From assembly GCA_963716725.1 (NCBI GenBank), contig CAVQUB010000002.1:288001-352000 (forward strand): a stretch of 64,000 nt of DNA. Direction: 5' to 3'. A program made the translations under genes and the position numbers. Numbering within the stretch: the stretch's first letter is position 1; each line of letters opens with the position of its first letter. Below the pieces are notes generated by a model. That model was not told the origin of the DNA, did no database searches, and worked only from the letters and a program-made list of their open reading frames with translations. This stretch comes from an uncultured delta proteobacterium (GTDB taxonomy: Bacteria; Myxococcota_A; Polyangia; Polyangiales; Polyangiaceae). This document shows positions 33,244-43,810 of the stretch, piece after piece.

Positions 33244-35670
33244 CGCGGATCGACCGCTCCCTTCTTCGAACGAGACCGGCGGCGACGGCGGCTCGAACAC
33301 CGGCTCGATCAGCGCGCCGCGCTTGATCACCTCGCGGCCCTTACCGCCGCGACTCGACAGCTCGTACCGGCTCGGCGAGATCTTCTGCTCACCGCCCAAG
33401 CTGGTCTTCATCGAAAGACCGTCGCTCTCCTTGGTCACGGCGCGGAAGCCCACCAGCTTGTCGCCCTTGTCGAGCTTGATCAAGAGCACGCCCTTGCCGG
33501 GACCCGAAAGGTAGTTGACCTCGTCGACCTTGCAGAGCAGCGCGCGGCGCGCGGCCGTGGCCGCCATCAAGGTCTCTTCGCCGCCGACCGCGAACACGCC
33601 CACCACGCGGGCCTCGCCGGCCGGCCTGGCGAAGCGCCGGCCCGCACGCGTGCTGGGCTCGACGAAGGTCGAGAGACCAAAGGCCAGGGCGTAGCCGTCG
33701 CTGGTGGCCGCGCAGGCGTAAGTCGCGGGGAAGTAGCCCTCCTTCTCGGCGATGTCGCCGGTCACGCGCGGATCGAGGGAGAACATCGCGACGATGCTCT
33801 CCCGGTCCTTCAGCTTGAACAGCTTCTGGATCGGCTCGCCGTAGCCGGTGGTCGCCGGCAGGTCGGCGATGCGAGCGGTGTAGGCCGTGCCAAAGCTCGA
33901 GAAGAACACCACCGTCGCGCGGGTCGAGCCCGCGACGCAGGCCAGGACCTGATCGCCCTCGCGCAGGCGGGTCGCGCTGGGATCCTTGATCTCCTTCTGT
34001 CGCTTCACCCAGCCGTCGCGGGTGATGAGCAGGTGGTTGTCTTCTGCGATGATCAGATCTTCCGCCGTGAGCTCGGGCTCGGCCGCAGCCTCTTCGATGA
34101 TGGTCCTGCGCTTGGAACTCTTGCCGAAGGTCGCGGAGATCTCCTCCAGCTCTTTCTTGACCATGGCCCAACGTCCGCGGCTCTCGGCCTCGCCGAGCAG
34201 CTTCTTGATGGCGCGCACGCGCTTCTGCTTGTCGTCGAGCTCGCTTTGGATCACCAAGATCTCGAGGCGCGCCAGCCGATAGAGCTTGAGTTCGAGGATG
34301 GCGTCGGTCTGCTCGGCGTCGAGGGCGAAGCGCGCCATGATCTTCTGGGCCGCGTCGGCCTTGCCCTCGCTCTTGCGGATGATGCGCAGGATCTCGTCGA
34401 GGGCGTCGAAGATGGCGGCGAAGCCCTAGAGGATGTGGATGCGTCGCTCGAGGGCGGACAGCTCGTGCTGCAGGCGGCGGGTCACCACCTCCAGCCGAAA
34501 GTGGAGGAAGTGCCAGAGGATCTGCGCGAGATCGAGGCGCTCGGGCCGACCCACCTCGGGGTTTTCGGTGGGCACCAGGCAGGTGAGATTCACCGCGAAG
34601 TTCGTCTGCAGCGGCGTCTGTTTGTAGAGGTAGGCGAGCACCTTGTTTTCGTCGGCCTCGCGCTTGAGCGTGAGCTCGATGCAGACGTCGTCGGTCGAGA
34701 CGTCACGCACGTCGACCAGCATCGGCATCTTGCGGCTGGTCACTACCTCCGCGATGCGCTCGACGAGCAGCGCCTTGTTCACCGCGTAGGGGATGCTGGT
34801 GACGAGCAGCTTCTTCTCGGCGCGGCTCACCGGACCGAGCTTCCAGGTGCCGCGCACCTTGAGCGTGCCGTGGCCGGTCTCGTAGATCTGCTTGATCTCG
34901 TCCGCGCTCGAGACGATCTGCCCCCCGGTCGGGAAGTCCGGACCCTTGATGGTGCGGCACAGCTCCCGGGCGCTGAGCGCCTTCTTCTCGACCAGGGCGT
35001 CGAGCAGGCGGATGGCGGCGGCGCAGACCTCCTCGAGGTTGTGCGGCGGCACGTTGGTCGCCATGCCCACGGCGATGCCGGTCGCGCCGTTGACCAGCAG
35101 GTTCGGCACCTTGGCGGGCAGGACGACCGGCTCTTCCTTGGTGCCGTCGTAGCTCGGACGAAAGTGGACCGTGTCCTCGTCGAGTTCGCCGAGCAGCTCG
35201 GCGGAGATGGGCGTCAGCCGACACTCGGTGTAGCGCATCGCCGCGGCGGGATCGCCGTCCAGCGAGCCGAAGTTGCCGCTGCCGTCCACCAGCGGCGCGC
35301 GCAGCGCGAAGGGCTGCGCCATGCGGACCAGCGCGTCGTAGATCGAGGCGTCTCCGTGCGGGTGGTAGTTGCCCATCACGTCGCCGACTACCTTGGCGCA
35401 CTTGCGGTGCTTGGCGTCCGCCGTCAGGCGCTGCTGCCACATCGTGTACAAGATGCGGCGCTGCACCGGCTTCATGCCGTCGCGCACGTCGGGCAAGGCC
35501 CGCGACGTGATCACGCTGAGGGCGTAGCTCAGGTACTTCTCTTGGGTGACCTCGTGGAGTGCCGCCCGCTCTTCGGTCTTCGCCAACCCGAGCTCGAGCT
35601 GATCACGCCCGCGACCCCGCCGAGGCGGCTCGCCTCCGCTGGATTTTCCTGATTTTTTTCGGGCCGCCAC
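33244..35670 (-). CDS. parC: Type IIA topoisomerase A subunit (ParC/GyrA paralog); in-frame TAG at 34426-34428 and no terminal stop
   Basis: [22 protein letters not shown] catalytic Tyr, [13 protein letters not shown]; same frame continues past TAG into the C-terminal pinwheel. Confidence 0.85.
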
Positions 35671-35706
35671 CGCGATGAGGCTGCTAGCCCGTTCAGCGTG
35701 AAGCTG

Positions 35707-36891
35707 TCAACCCCCGCGCTTCTTGTCGCGCAGGATCCGCTCGAGCGCGTCTTCGGCGCGGCGGGCGATGGCGTCGGCCCAGCGGGTCGAGTCGAGCGAG
35801 CCGAACAAGCCCGAGAGCACCAGGCAGATGGGGGCTCGGTCGCCGATGCGCACCGGGACGACGTACACCTCCGCCTGACCGAGCGCCCCGGCCAGGTCCT
35901 GGTGCGCCTCGTCTGCGGGGATGGGTCCGAGGTAGTGGCCGTCGCGCAGGGCGAAGCTGGCGACGGTCTCCGCGCCGAGCAGGACCGATACGTCGTCGGG
36001 ATGAGCCGCCCGCGCCGCGTACCCAGCGCCGCGGGCAGTCAGGATCAGCACCCGCTCAGCCAGTGGTCGAGCCGCGTCCAGAATGTGAGCCACGAGCGCG
36101 TCGGCGTCCGCTGCGCCATCGAACGCCGTCAGATCCGGCTCGCGTCGACGCTCCATCGGAGGCGGAGCCTTGGAGCGATTCAGCCCGAGGACTCCGGTCC
36201 CGGTCTCGTCCACGCCATAGCCGATGGCGCCGAGCAAATCGCCCCCCGCACTGCCGACCCCGGGGTTGGTGTCGATGCGCGACCGCTCCGGCGCTGGCAT
36301 CGAGCGCCGAACCAGGGGGATGGGCGGCCAGCTCTGGTGCGCGTTTGTCCCCTGGTCCGCGCCGCCGTCCGTGGAGACGCGGTAGGCCTGACGAAAGGGT
36401 GGTGACGAACCCCGACGCACGGCGCGAGTCCCGAACGCGGGAGTGCGGGTGCTGCGCACGCCCGTACGATCGCGCTCGTCGAGCCAGCGATCGAGGGCCA
36501 AGAGCAGCTCGCCCAGCGGCACACGCACGATCGATACCGGCGCTCCGAGCTGAAAGGACAGCTCGTCACCCACGGCCAAGTCCGTCGGATCCACCGCCGC
36601 CACCTCGACGGCGCCGCTGGGCGCGAGCCCAATGGGGACCGCCAAGAGCCGCTCGCAGAGCCCGGTGGGCAGGTTCTCGGTGAGATCGTGGGAGACCGTG
36701 ATTGACGAGAGCACCGGGCCGCGCAGCCGCGACAACTCGCGATCCACCAAGTCGGCGGTGAGAGGGCCGCGGGTGACTAGCGCTTGCACGAAGGGCACGC
36801 CGAGCGCCACCGCGTCGGACAGCGCCGCGTAGATCTCGTCCGCCGGCACCACGCCGGTCTCGAGCAAACGCCGCGCAAGCTCCGCGCTCAT
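35707..36891 (-). CDS. Hypothetical protein with N-terminal MshEN/T2SSE_N-like domain
   Basis: LARRLLETGVV..EIYAAL, LP..LCERLLAVP, AAVDP pattern; low-complexity linker; possible GAF-like C-terminus. Confidence 0.6.
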   Translation of the reverse strand: MSAELARRLLETGVVPADEIYAALSDAVALGVPFVQALVTRGPLTADLVDRELSRLRGPVLSSITVSHDLTENLPTGLCERLLAVPIGLAPSGAVEVAAVDPTDLAVGDELSFQLGAPVSIVRVPLGELLLALDRWLDERDRTGVRSTRTPAFGTRAVRRGSSPPFRQAYRVSTDGGADQGTNAHQSWPPIPLVRRSMPAPERSRIDTNPGVGSAGGDLLGAIGYGVDETGTGVLGLNRSKAPPPMERRREPDLTAFDGAADADALVAHILDAARPLAERVLILTARGAGYAARAAHPDDVSVLLGAETVASFALRDGHYLGPIPADEAHQDLAGALGQAEVYVVPVRIGDRAPICLVLSGLFGSLDSTRWADAIARRAEDALERILRDKKRGG

Positions 36892-37073
36892 GTCGACAAT
36901 CGAACAACGAAGGACCCCGCGCCGCAACTGGCTACTGGGCTCATGGCCGGGAGCGGCGCTGCTTTCGCCCGCCTTTGACCCTCACCTCGCGATGCTCAGC
37001 GGACCGCGAGCCGGCCTGCGCGGCAGAGCCATACCTCGACCCGAACTCGCCGATCACGTATTGTATCGCCCCG

Positions 37074-37637
37074 GTGGGCCGTCGCAGTTCAGAAGTTCTC
37101 GGCGCCTTTGGGCCCGGCGCACGCCAGGCGCGCTGGCTGGGTTTGGGCTTGCCGCTGCTAGCCTGCAGCGGCGCTCGCTATCCCGAAGGCTCCACGCTGG
37201 ACGTCACCGGCAAGTGCGCGGTCTTTTTGCCGGACCTGGTCGAGGCGCTGGCGGTCGAGGCCAAGGCTCCGCGGAGGCCAGCGGGGCCAGCGGACCAAGG
37301 CTACGGCTACGAGTTCGAGCAGGAGCGGGGCACCCGCATCGGCTTTCACTTTCAAGACGGCCGTTTGTTGGCCATGAACTGGGAGGTCATCGAGGGGGAC
37401 GCGCAGAACTTCGACCCGCACCGGATCAAGCTTCAGCCGGGCGAGCGCGCTGCGGGCAACGCCGAAGTGCCCGACGGCGCGTTTGTGGGCGGGCGCTGGG
37501 AGCAGCTGAAGGTGCGGGGGAGGGCTGGGCAAGACACGCGGCTTTCGGTCCGATTTGCCGGCGAGCGAGTCGAAGTCAAGCTGGCGGACGCCACTCATCT
37601 AGCAAGCTGCGACTGGGAGCTGGCCGGCGCCGAGTAA
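37074..37637 (+). CDS. Hypothetical lipoprotein
   Basis: GTG start 9 nt after TATTGT; hydrophobic stretch ending LLAC; coding-like composition. Confidence 0.55.
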   Translation: MGRRSSEVLGAFGPGARQARWLGLGLPLLACSGARYPEGSTLDVTGKCAVFLPDLVEALAVEAKAPRRPAGPADQGYGYEFEQERGTRIGFHFQDGRLLAMNWEVIEGDAQNFDPHRIKLQPGERAAGNAEVPDGAFVGGRWEQLKVRGRAGQDTRLSVRFAGERVEVKLADATHLASCDWELAGAE

Positions 37638-37913
37638 GCGACTGCGGTTGGGTTGTGCGACGAACTCGACTGCCGCGTGCCGGGGTGCCGGACTCGCAAC
37701 TCGCGGCTGAGACCGCGCCCTCGACCACCTCCTTCCCTCGCGCAGGGCGCGTGTCCAGACGAGCAGCCGGACCGCCACTGCTGCAGCAGCCAGCTCGATC
37801 CCGAGCTGGGATACACGCCGCCAGAGTCGCCCGGCCGCAAGCCACCTCGACGGGCGAATGCTGCTGCCAATCCTGCCGCCCAGTGACGCCGTGGGTCACT
37901 CGCGGCGGAGCGC

Positions 37914-38207
37914 TCACTCCTTGAACTGGAAGATGACCTCGGTCTGCCGCACGAGCCCGAGCTCGTCGCGGGCCACCCGCTCCACGGCGGCCGGGTCGCT
38001 CTTGATGCGCTGCACCTGGGCTCGGAGCTCGGTGATTTGCTGGCCCATGCGCGAGATCTCCTCGTCGGCCTTGGCGCGTTCCTGGCGAAGGCCGCTGAGG
38101 CGGTTGAGCCCCGTGGGCGACAAGATCAGCACCGGCACCGCCACCACGGCCAGCACCAAAATGGTCAGGGGCAGGGCCCGCTCGAGGAGGACGGCTCGCG
38201 ACGACAC
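37914..38207 (-). CDS. ftsB: Septum formation initiator (FtsB/DivIC family)
   Basis: Single TM, coiled coil, DPAAVERVARDELGLV. Confidence 0.85.
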   Translation of the reverse strand: MSSRAVLLERALPLTILVLAVVAVPVLILSPTGLNRLSGLRQERAKADEEISRMGQQITELRAQVQRIKSDPAAVERVARDELGLVRQTEVIFQFKE

Positions 38208-38418
38208 GCTCGTCCAGCTTTCTCACGCCAGGCCGGACAGGTCCAGAAAGCCGCCGGGAATCGCCGCCGCGACGCGCTTCGCGATACCCGAAGGGGTGCT
38301 GCGCCATTTTCCTCAATTTTTACGCGCTGTTTTTCGTCAGCCTATTCGCTATCATGCGCCGCCGCCGGTGGGGTCGTTCCGAGTAGGAGCGACGTGACCG
38401 CGGCGGATTGGGACGCAC

Positions 38419-41400
38419 ATGGAGACCGACATCCTTCGAGCAGAGCTGGAACGAAATTTCGAGCTGGACGAGCTCTTGAACCTGACGCGCAACGTGCTCG
38501 GCTTCGACCCTGAAGCCGTGGGAGGGACGGCCGCGAAGGGCTCCTTCGCCAACGCTCTGACCCAGCATTGCGTCGAGGCCGACGCGGTCGAGGCCCTCTG
38601 CGACGCCCTCTTGGCGTCCAAGCCCGACGTGAACGCCAAGGTCGCGAACATCCGCATCAGCGGGCTGCCCTTCGACGAAGAGATGCGGCCGGGCTCCACG
38701 CTCGGCGGTTTCACCATCGTGCGCAAGTTGGGCGAGGGTCGTCTGGCGCTGACCTATCTGGCCAAGGGCGAGGATGGCGAGTACCGACTGCGCGTGCTCC
38801 GTCGCGAGGCGACCCGCGATCGACGCGGCTTGCACCGCTTCCTGACGGTGAGCCGGCTGATCGGCAGCATCGACCACCAGGGTCTGCCCCAGGGGCTCAC
38901 TGCCGGACAGGTGGGTGACCGCTTCGCGGTTGCGCACAAGTACATCGACGCCCAGCCGCTCTCGGTGCGCATCGCACGCACCGGACCGATGCACATCAAC
39001 GAGGCTCGCCCGCTGCTGCGCGCGGTGCTCGAGGCTCTGCGCTCCATCCACGAGCGACGCCTGGGCCACGGCGATTTGCGCCTCGAAAACCTGCTCGTGC
39101 ACAGGAACCCGGACGGCAGTCAGCAGCTGGTGCTGGTCGATGCCGGCTCCGATCGCCTGCGCGCCCGCGCGCGCGTGCAGAGCCCGGGACAAAACGAGCT
39201 CTTCTCCACCGTCGGCTCACCCAAGAGCGTCGCCCCCGAACAAATCCGCGGTATCCCCTCGGATCCGCGCAGCGACGTGTATTCGTTCGGCTGCGTGCTC
39301 TATGAGATCCTGTGCGGCAAGCCGGTCTTCGGCGGCGCAACCGCCATCCACGCCGCCATCGGTCACCTGACCGAGACGCCGCCCGTGCCGAGCAGCGTGG
39401 CGCCCCGCGGATGGATCACCAAAGAGATCGACGAGTGGGTGCTGTCGATGCTCGAGAAGGATCCCGACAAGCGACCCAAGAGCGCCAGCGCGCTGCTCGA
39501 GGCCCTCGAGACCATGGGGCGCTCGGCGGTCGCCAAGAAAGAGTCCAAGCTCTCCGATGCCGATCTCGACAAGCGCATCGAAGCCTTGGTCGCGGATCCG
39601 GCCGACGAAGACGCCGCCGTGGCCCTCGAGGCCGCGGTGGAAGAAGGCGCCGACGCCGCGCGCATCGCCGAGGCCTTCAGCATGGCCGCCGACGGCATCG
39701 AGGTCGGCGAGGACAAACAGAACCGCGAGACCAAGAAGAGCCTGCTCTTCCGCGCTGCGCGCCTCTTCGAGTACCAGGCCAAGGACGCCGAGAAGGCCGA
39801 GCAGATGTACGTGTGGTTGGTCGATCTCGATCCGGCTGACGACATCGCGATCACCGCCCTCGAGGACGTGCGCAAGCAACTCGGCAAGTACGAGGACCTG
39901 ATCGAGATGCTCCTGACGCGCACCGAGAAGGCGGAGAGCCGCAGCGAGCGCGCGCGGGCCTACGCCGAGATCGGTCGCGTGTACGTGAACGAGATCGACG
40001 ACGCCGAGCAAGCCATCGTCGCCTACACCCAGGCCTTCTGCGAAGACCCCAGCCAGTCGTCCTACGCCGACGAGATCGAGCGCCTGGCCGGCACCAACGG
40101 CGAGCGCTGGAACGAGGTGCTCGCCACCTCGGCGCAGACCGTCACCAGCAGCGAGATCCCCCTCGAGACCAAGAACCCGCTGCTCGCCCGCATGGGGCGC
40201 TGGTACACCGAAAAGCTCAGCCGGCCGGACCTGGCACTGCCCTGTTATCAGACGGTGATCGGCAGCGATCCCGCCAACGACGCCGCCCTCGACGGCATGA
40301 CGCAGATCTACCGCAAGGCCCAGCAGTGGCCCGAGCTGGTGATGGTGCTCGCCCGCCGCGCCGACGGCGCCGTGACTCCGGCTCGCGCCCGGGATCTGCG
40401 CACCGACGCCGGCGACATCCTCGAGACGCAGCTCAGCGACACGGGGCGCGCGCGCGATCTCTACGAGCAGGTGCTCGAGCAGGATCCGGGCACGAGCGGG
40501 CCAGCGAGGCGCTGGCGCGCATCTACGAGCGCACCGGGGACTTCCCGGGCTTCGTGAAGTTGCTCGAGCGGCGCGCGGAAGCGCTCCGTGGCGAGGAGCG
40601 GCTGAAGGTGCTTTGCCGCATCGCGGACATCTACGAGGACCACCTGAAGGACGAAGCCGAGGCCGTTCGGCGGCTGAACGTCGTGCTCAGCGAAGACCCG
40701 ATAAACCTCGACGCGCTGCGGGCGCTCGACCGCCTCTACAGCAAGATGGGACTGTTCCAGGATCTACTGGAGAACCTCCTGTCCCAGCTCGCGCTGGCTG
40801 CGACGCCGCGGCAGAAGATCACGCTCTGGGAACGCATCGCCGGAATCCACGACGAAGAGTTCTTGAACCACGCCAAGGCCGCAGAGGCGTGGGAGCAGGT
40901 GCTGGCCATCGACAGCGCGCACGACGCCGCGCTGTCCGCTCTGGCCCGCCATTACCGCGCCCTCGACCGCTGGGAGGACGTGGCGACCTTGGCCGAGAAA
41001 CAGATCAAAGTCGCGACGGATCCCGCGCGACAGCTGGAGATCTACCTGGGCCTCGGCCGGGTGCTGGGGGAGCAAATCGGCAACCCCGAGCGGGCGACCA
41101 AGGCCTATGAGAGCGCGCTGGCGCTCGATCCGGAGAACGCAGGCGCGCTCGAGGCCTTGGCCCGCATCCGGGAGACCTCCGGCGACGCGGACGCCGCGCT
41201 GGCCGCCATCGAAGCCCTGGCCGAGAAGGCCGGCAGCAAGAGGCGCGCGCCGAGCAGTACCTGCGCGCGGCCAAGATCCTCGAGGGCCGCGGCGATCACG
41301 ACGGCGCCATCGAGCGCTACAAACTCGCGCTCGACGCCAACCCGCGAGACGCCGGCGCCTCCGCCGCGCTGCGAGCGGCGTACCTCGGGCGCGGCGACGT

Positions 41401-43744
41401 CAACGCCGCCGTTCAGCTCCTCGAACGCGAGATCGGCGAGACCGACGGCGATCGCGCCAAGGCCAAGCTGGCCGGCGAGATGTCGATTCTGTTCCGCGAT
41501 CGACTCAAGGACGAGAAGCGCGCTGAAGAGGCCGCCAAGCGCGCCATCGCCTTCGACCCGACCAACCTGCAGGGCCTGATGGTACTGGGCGAGCTCGCCT
41601 TCGAAGCCAAGCGCTTCCTCGAAGCCGCGAACCACCTCGGCTTGATCGCCGAGCGCGCCGGCAGCCTCGACAAGAAGGACGCAGTCCGCATCCTGGTTCA
41701 TTTCGTGGACGCGCTCAGCCAGACCGGATCCACGGAGCAGGCGCTGGCGCCAATGGACACCCTGGTGCGCATCGCGCCGGACGACGCCGAGGCCATCGGT
41801 CGCGTGGCGGCGGTGACCTTCGAGCACGGCTCCCCGACCCGCGCCGCCGAGCTCTACAAAGATCTGCTCGATCGCTTCGGCAAGCAGCAGAAGGGCAAGG
41901 ACCGCGCGCTCAGTCTGTATCGCTTCGGCGAGTCGCTGCGCCGCGCGAATGATCTGGATGCAGCCCTCGCGCCCCTGGAGGAAGCAGCCGAACTCGACCC
42001 CTCACTGCCGGACCCCCTGGAGGCGCTGGCGAAGTATTGGGAGACCAAGGAAGACTGGGAGAAGGTCCTCAAGGTCAAGAACCGCCACCTCGATCTGGCG
42101 ACCGGGGAAGACCGCGTGCAGATCTTGCTCGACATGGGCGATATCGCGGCGGCTCGCCTCAACGATCGCACCCGCGCGGCCAAGAGCTACGTCGCCGCGC
42201 TAGAGGACAAGCCCGATGACCGCCGGCTGCTCACGAAGTTGATGCAGCTCTACAGCGAAGAGAAGGACTGGGGGAAGCTGGTCGACGTCGTGCTTCGCCT
42301 GGCGGACTTCGTCGAGGAGCCGAAGCAGCGCGTGAAGTACCTGCACACCGCGGCGGTGGTCTGCGCACGCCAGATGGGCGACGTGGACCGCGCCCTCGAG
42401 CTTTACCACAAGGTGCTCGAGCTCGATCCGAAGCTGGACAAGGCGCTGAACGAAGCCATCGATCTCAGGCGCGAGAAGGGCGACTTCGAGGGCGTCGAGC
42501 GCCTGCTCCAACGCAAGCTCGAGACCGCCACTACCGAGAAGAGCCGCGCGGACATGTTGGCGACCTTCGCCGATCTCGCCGATCTCTACGACAAGAACCT
42601 CGGCTGGACCGACCGCGCCATCGACGCCTACGAGGCGGCGCAGACCCTCGAGCCCGACAACGCCGCGCGCCAGTCCAAGCTCGCCGAGCTGTACGCTTCG
42701 GATCCCAAGAAGTACCTCGACAAGGCCGTCTCGGCCCAACAGGTCATCTTGCGCCAGAACCCGTATCGCGCCGACACGTACAAGGCGATGCGCAAGCTCT
42801 ACACCGAGGTCAAGCAGGCCGACGCCGCCTGGGCCCTGTGCCAAGCCCTCTACGTGCTGAACCTGGCCGAGCCCGATGAAGAACGCTTCTTCAAGCGCAT
42901 GCGGCCGGAAACCGCGGCGCCCGCCCAGGCAGCCCTCAGCGACGACGACTGGCTCGCGCACCTGATGCACGCGGACGCCGATCCGCTGCTGACCAGCGTG
43001 TTCGCGCTGATCGAGCCGGCCGTGATCGCCGCCCGTGGCCAGCACTTCGAGACCCTGGGCTTCGATCGCCGCTACGCCATCGACCTGGCACGCCACCCCT
43101 ACCCCATGAGCCAGACGCTGTTCTACGCCTGCGGCGTCCTGGGCATGGAGCCGCCGCCCACCTTCCAGAACAACAACGATCCGGGCGGCCTCTCCTACCT
43201 GCACGCCTACCAACCTTCCGTCGTCTTGGGCATGGCCGCGCTCTCCGCCGACGTGCCTCCGCAGGCAGCGGCGTTCATCGCGGCGCGTCACATCACCTAC
43301 TTCCGACCGGGCATGTACGTGCGACACCTGGTCCCCAGCGGCACGGGCCTGAAGGCCTGGCTCTTCGCGGCCATCAAGATGATCGCGCCGCAGTTCCCGG
43401 TCGCCGCGGAGATGGAAGGCCCCGTCGGCGAGGCGCGTCAGGCGCTCGAGCACAGCCTGCACGGTCAGGGCAGGGACCAGCTCGCCCGCATCGTCGCCAA
43501 GCTGATCCAGTCCGGCGGCGCCCTGGACCTCAAGAAGTGGCTTGGTGGCATCGACATGACCGCCGATCGCGCGGGCTTCGTCTGCGCCCACGACCTCGAG
43601 ACCGCGGTCGAAATCATCAAGGCCAGCGACGAGAGCTCCAGCGCCGTGCCACCGCAAGAGCGGCTCAAAGAGCTGGTGCTCTACAGCGTCAGCGAGCCGT
43701 ACTTCAAGCTGCGCAAGAAGCTCGGCATCTCCGTGGATTCCTGA
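38419..43744 (+). CDS. Giant EAD-like / Ser-Thr (pseudo)kinase / TPR protein, about 1770 aa; frameshifts near 40490 and 41239
   Basis: LGEG, HGDLRLEN, APEQ, SDVYSFG kinase motifs; long TPR array across three frames; myxobacterial-type C-terminus TADRAG...YFKLRKKLG. Confidence 0.8.
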
Positions 43745-43772
43745 GCGGGAGCGCCGGCAGCCGGCCTGTCGC

Positions 43773-43804
43773 CGGGGTGCGCACCGGGATCCGGGCGCAC
43801 CCCG
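43773..43804. terminator. Strong hairpin between convergent genes
   Basis: cggggtgcgc...gcgcaccccg 10-bp stem with inner ccgg-gat-ccgg; no U-tract. Confidence 0.45.
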
Positions 43805-43810
43805 CGGAGT

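Noticed and set aside
35340..35370. HGDASIYD (Ala at the Ser83-equivalent position) as acquired quinolone resistance
   Set aside because: A natural variant in several lineages; no evidence of selection here.
37653..37886. Small Cys-containing ORF as a possible RiPP precursor
   Set aside because: TTG start without an RBS, atypical codon use, and no modifying enzymes nearby.
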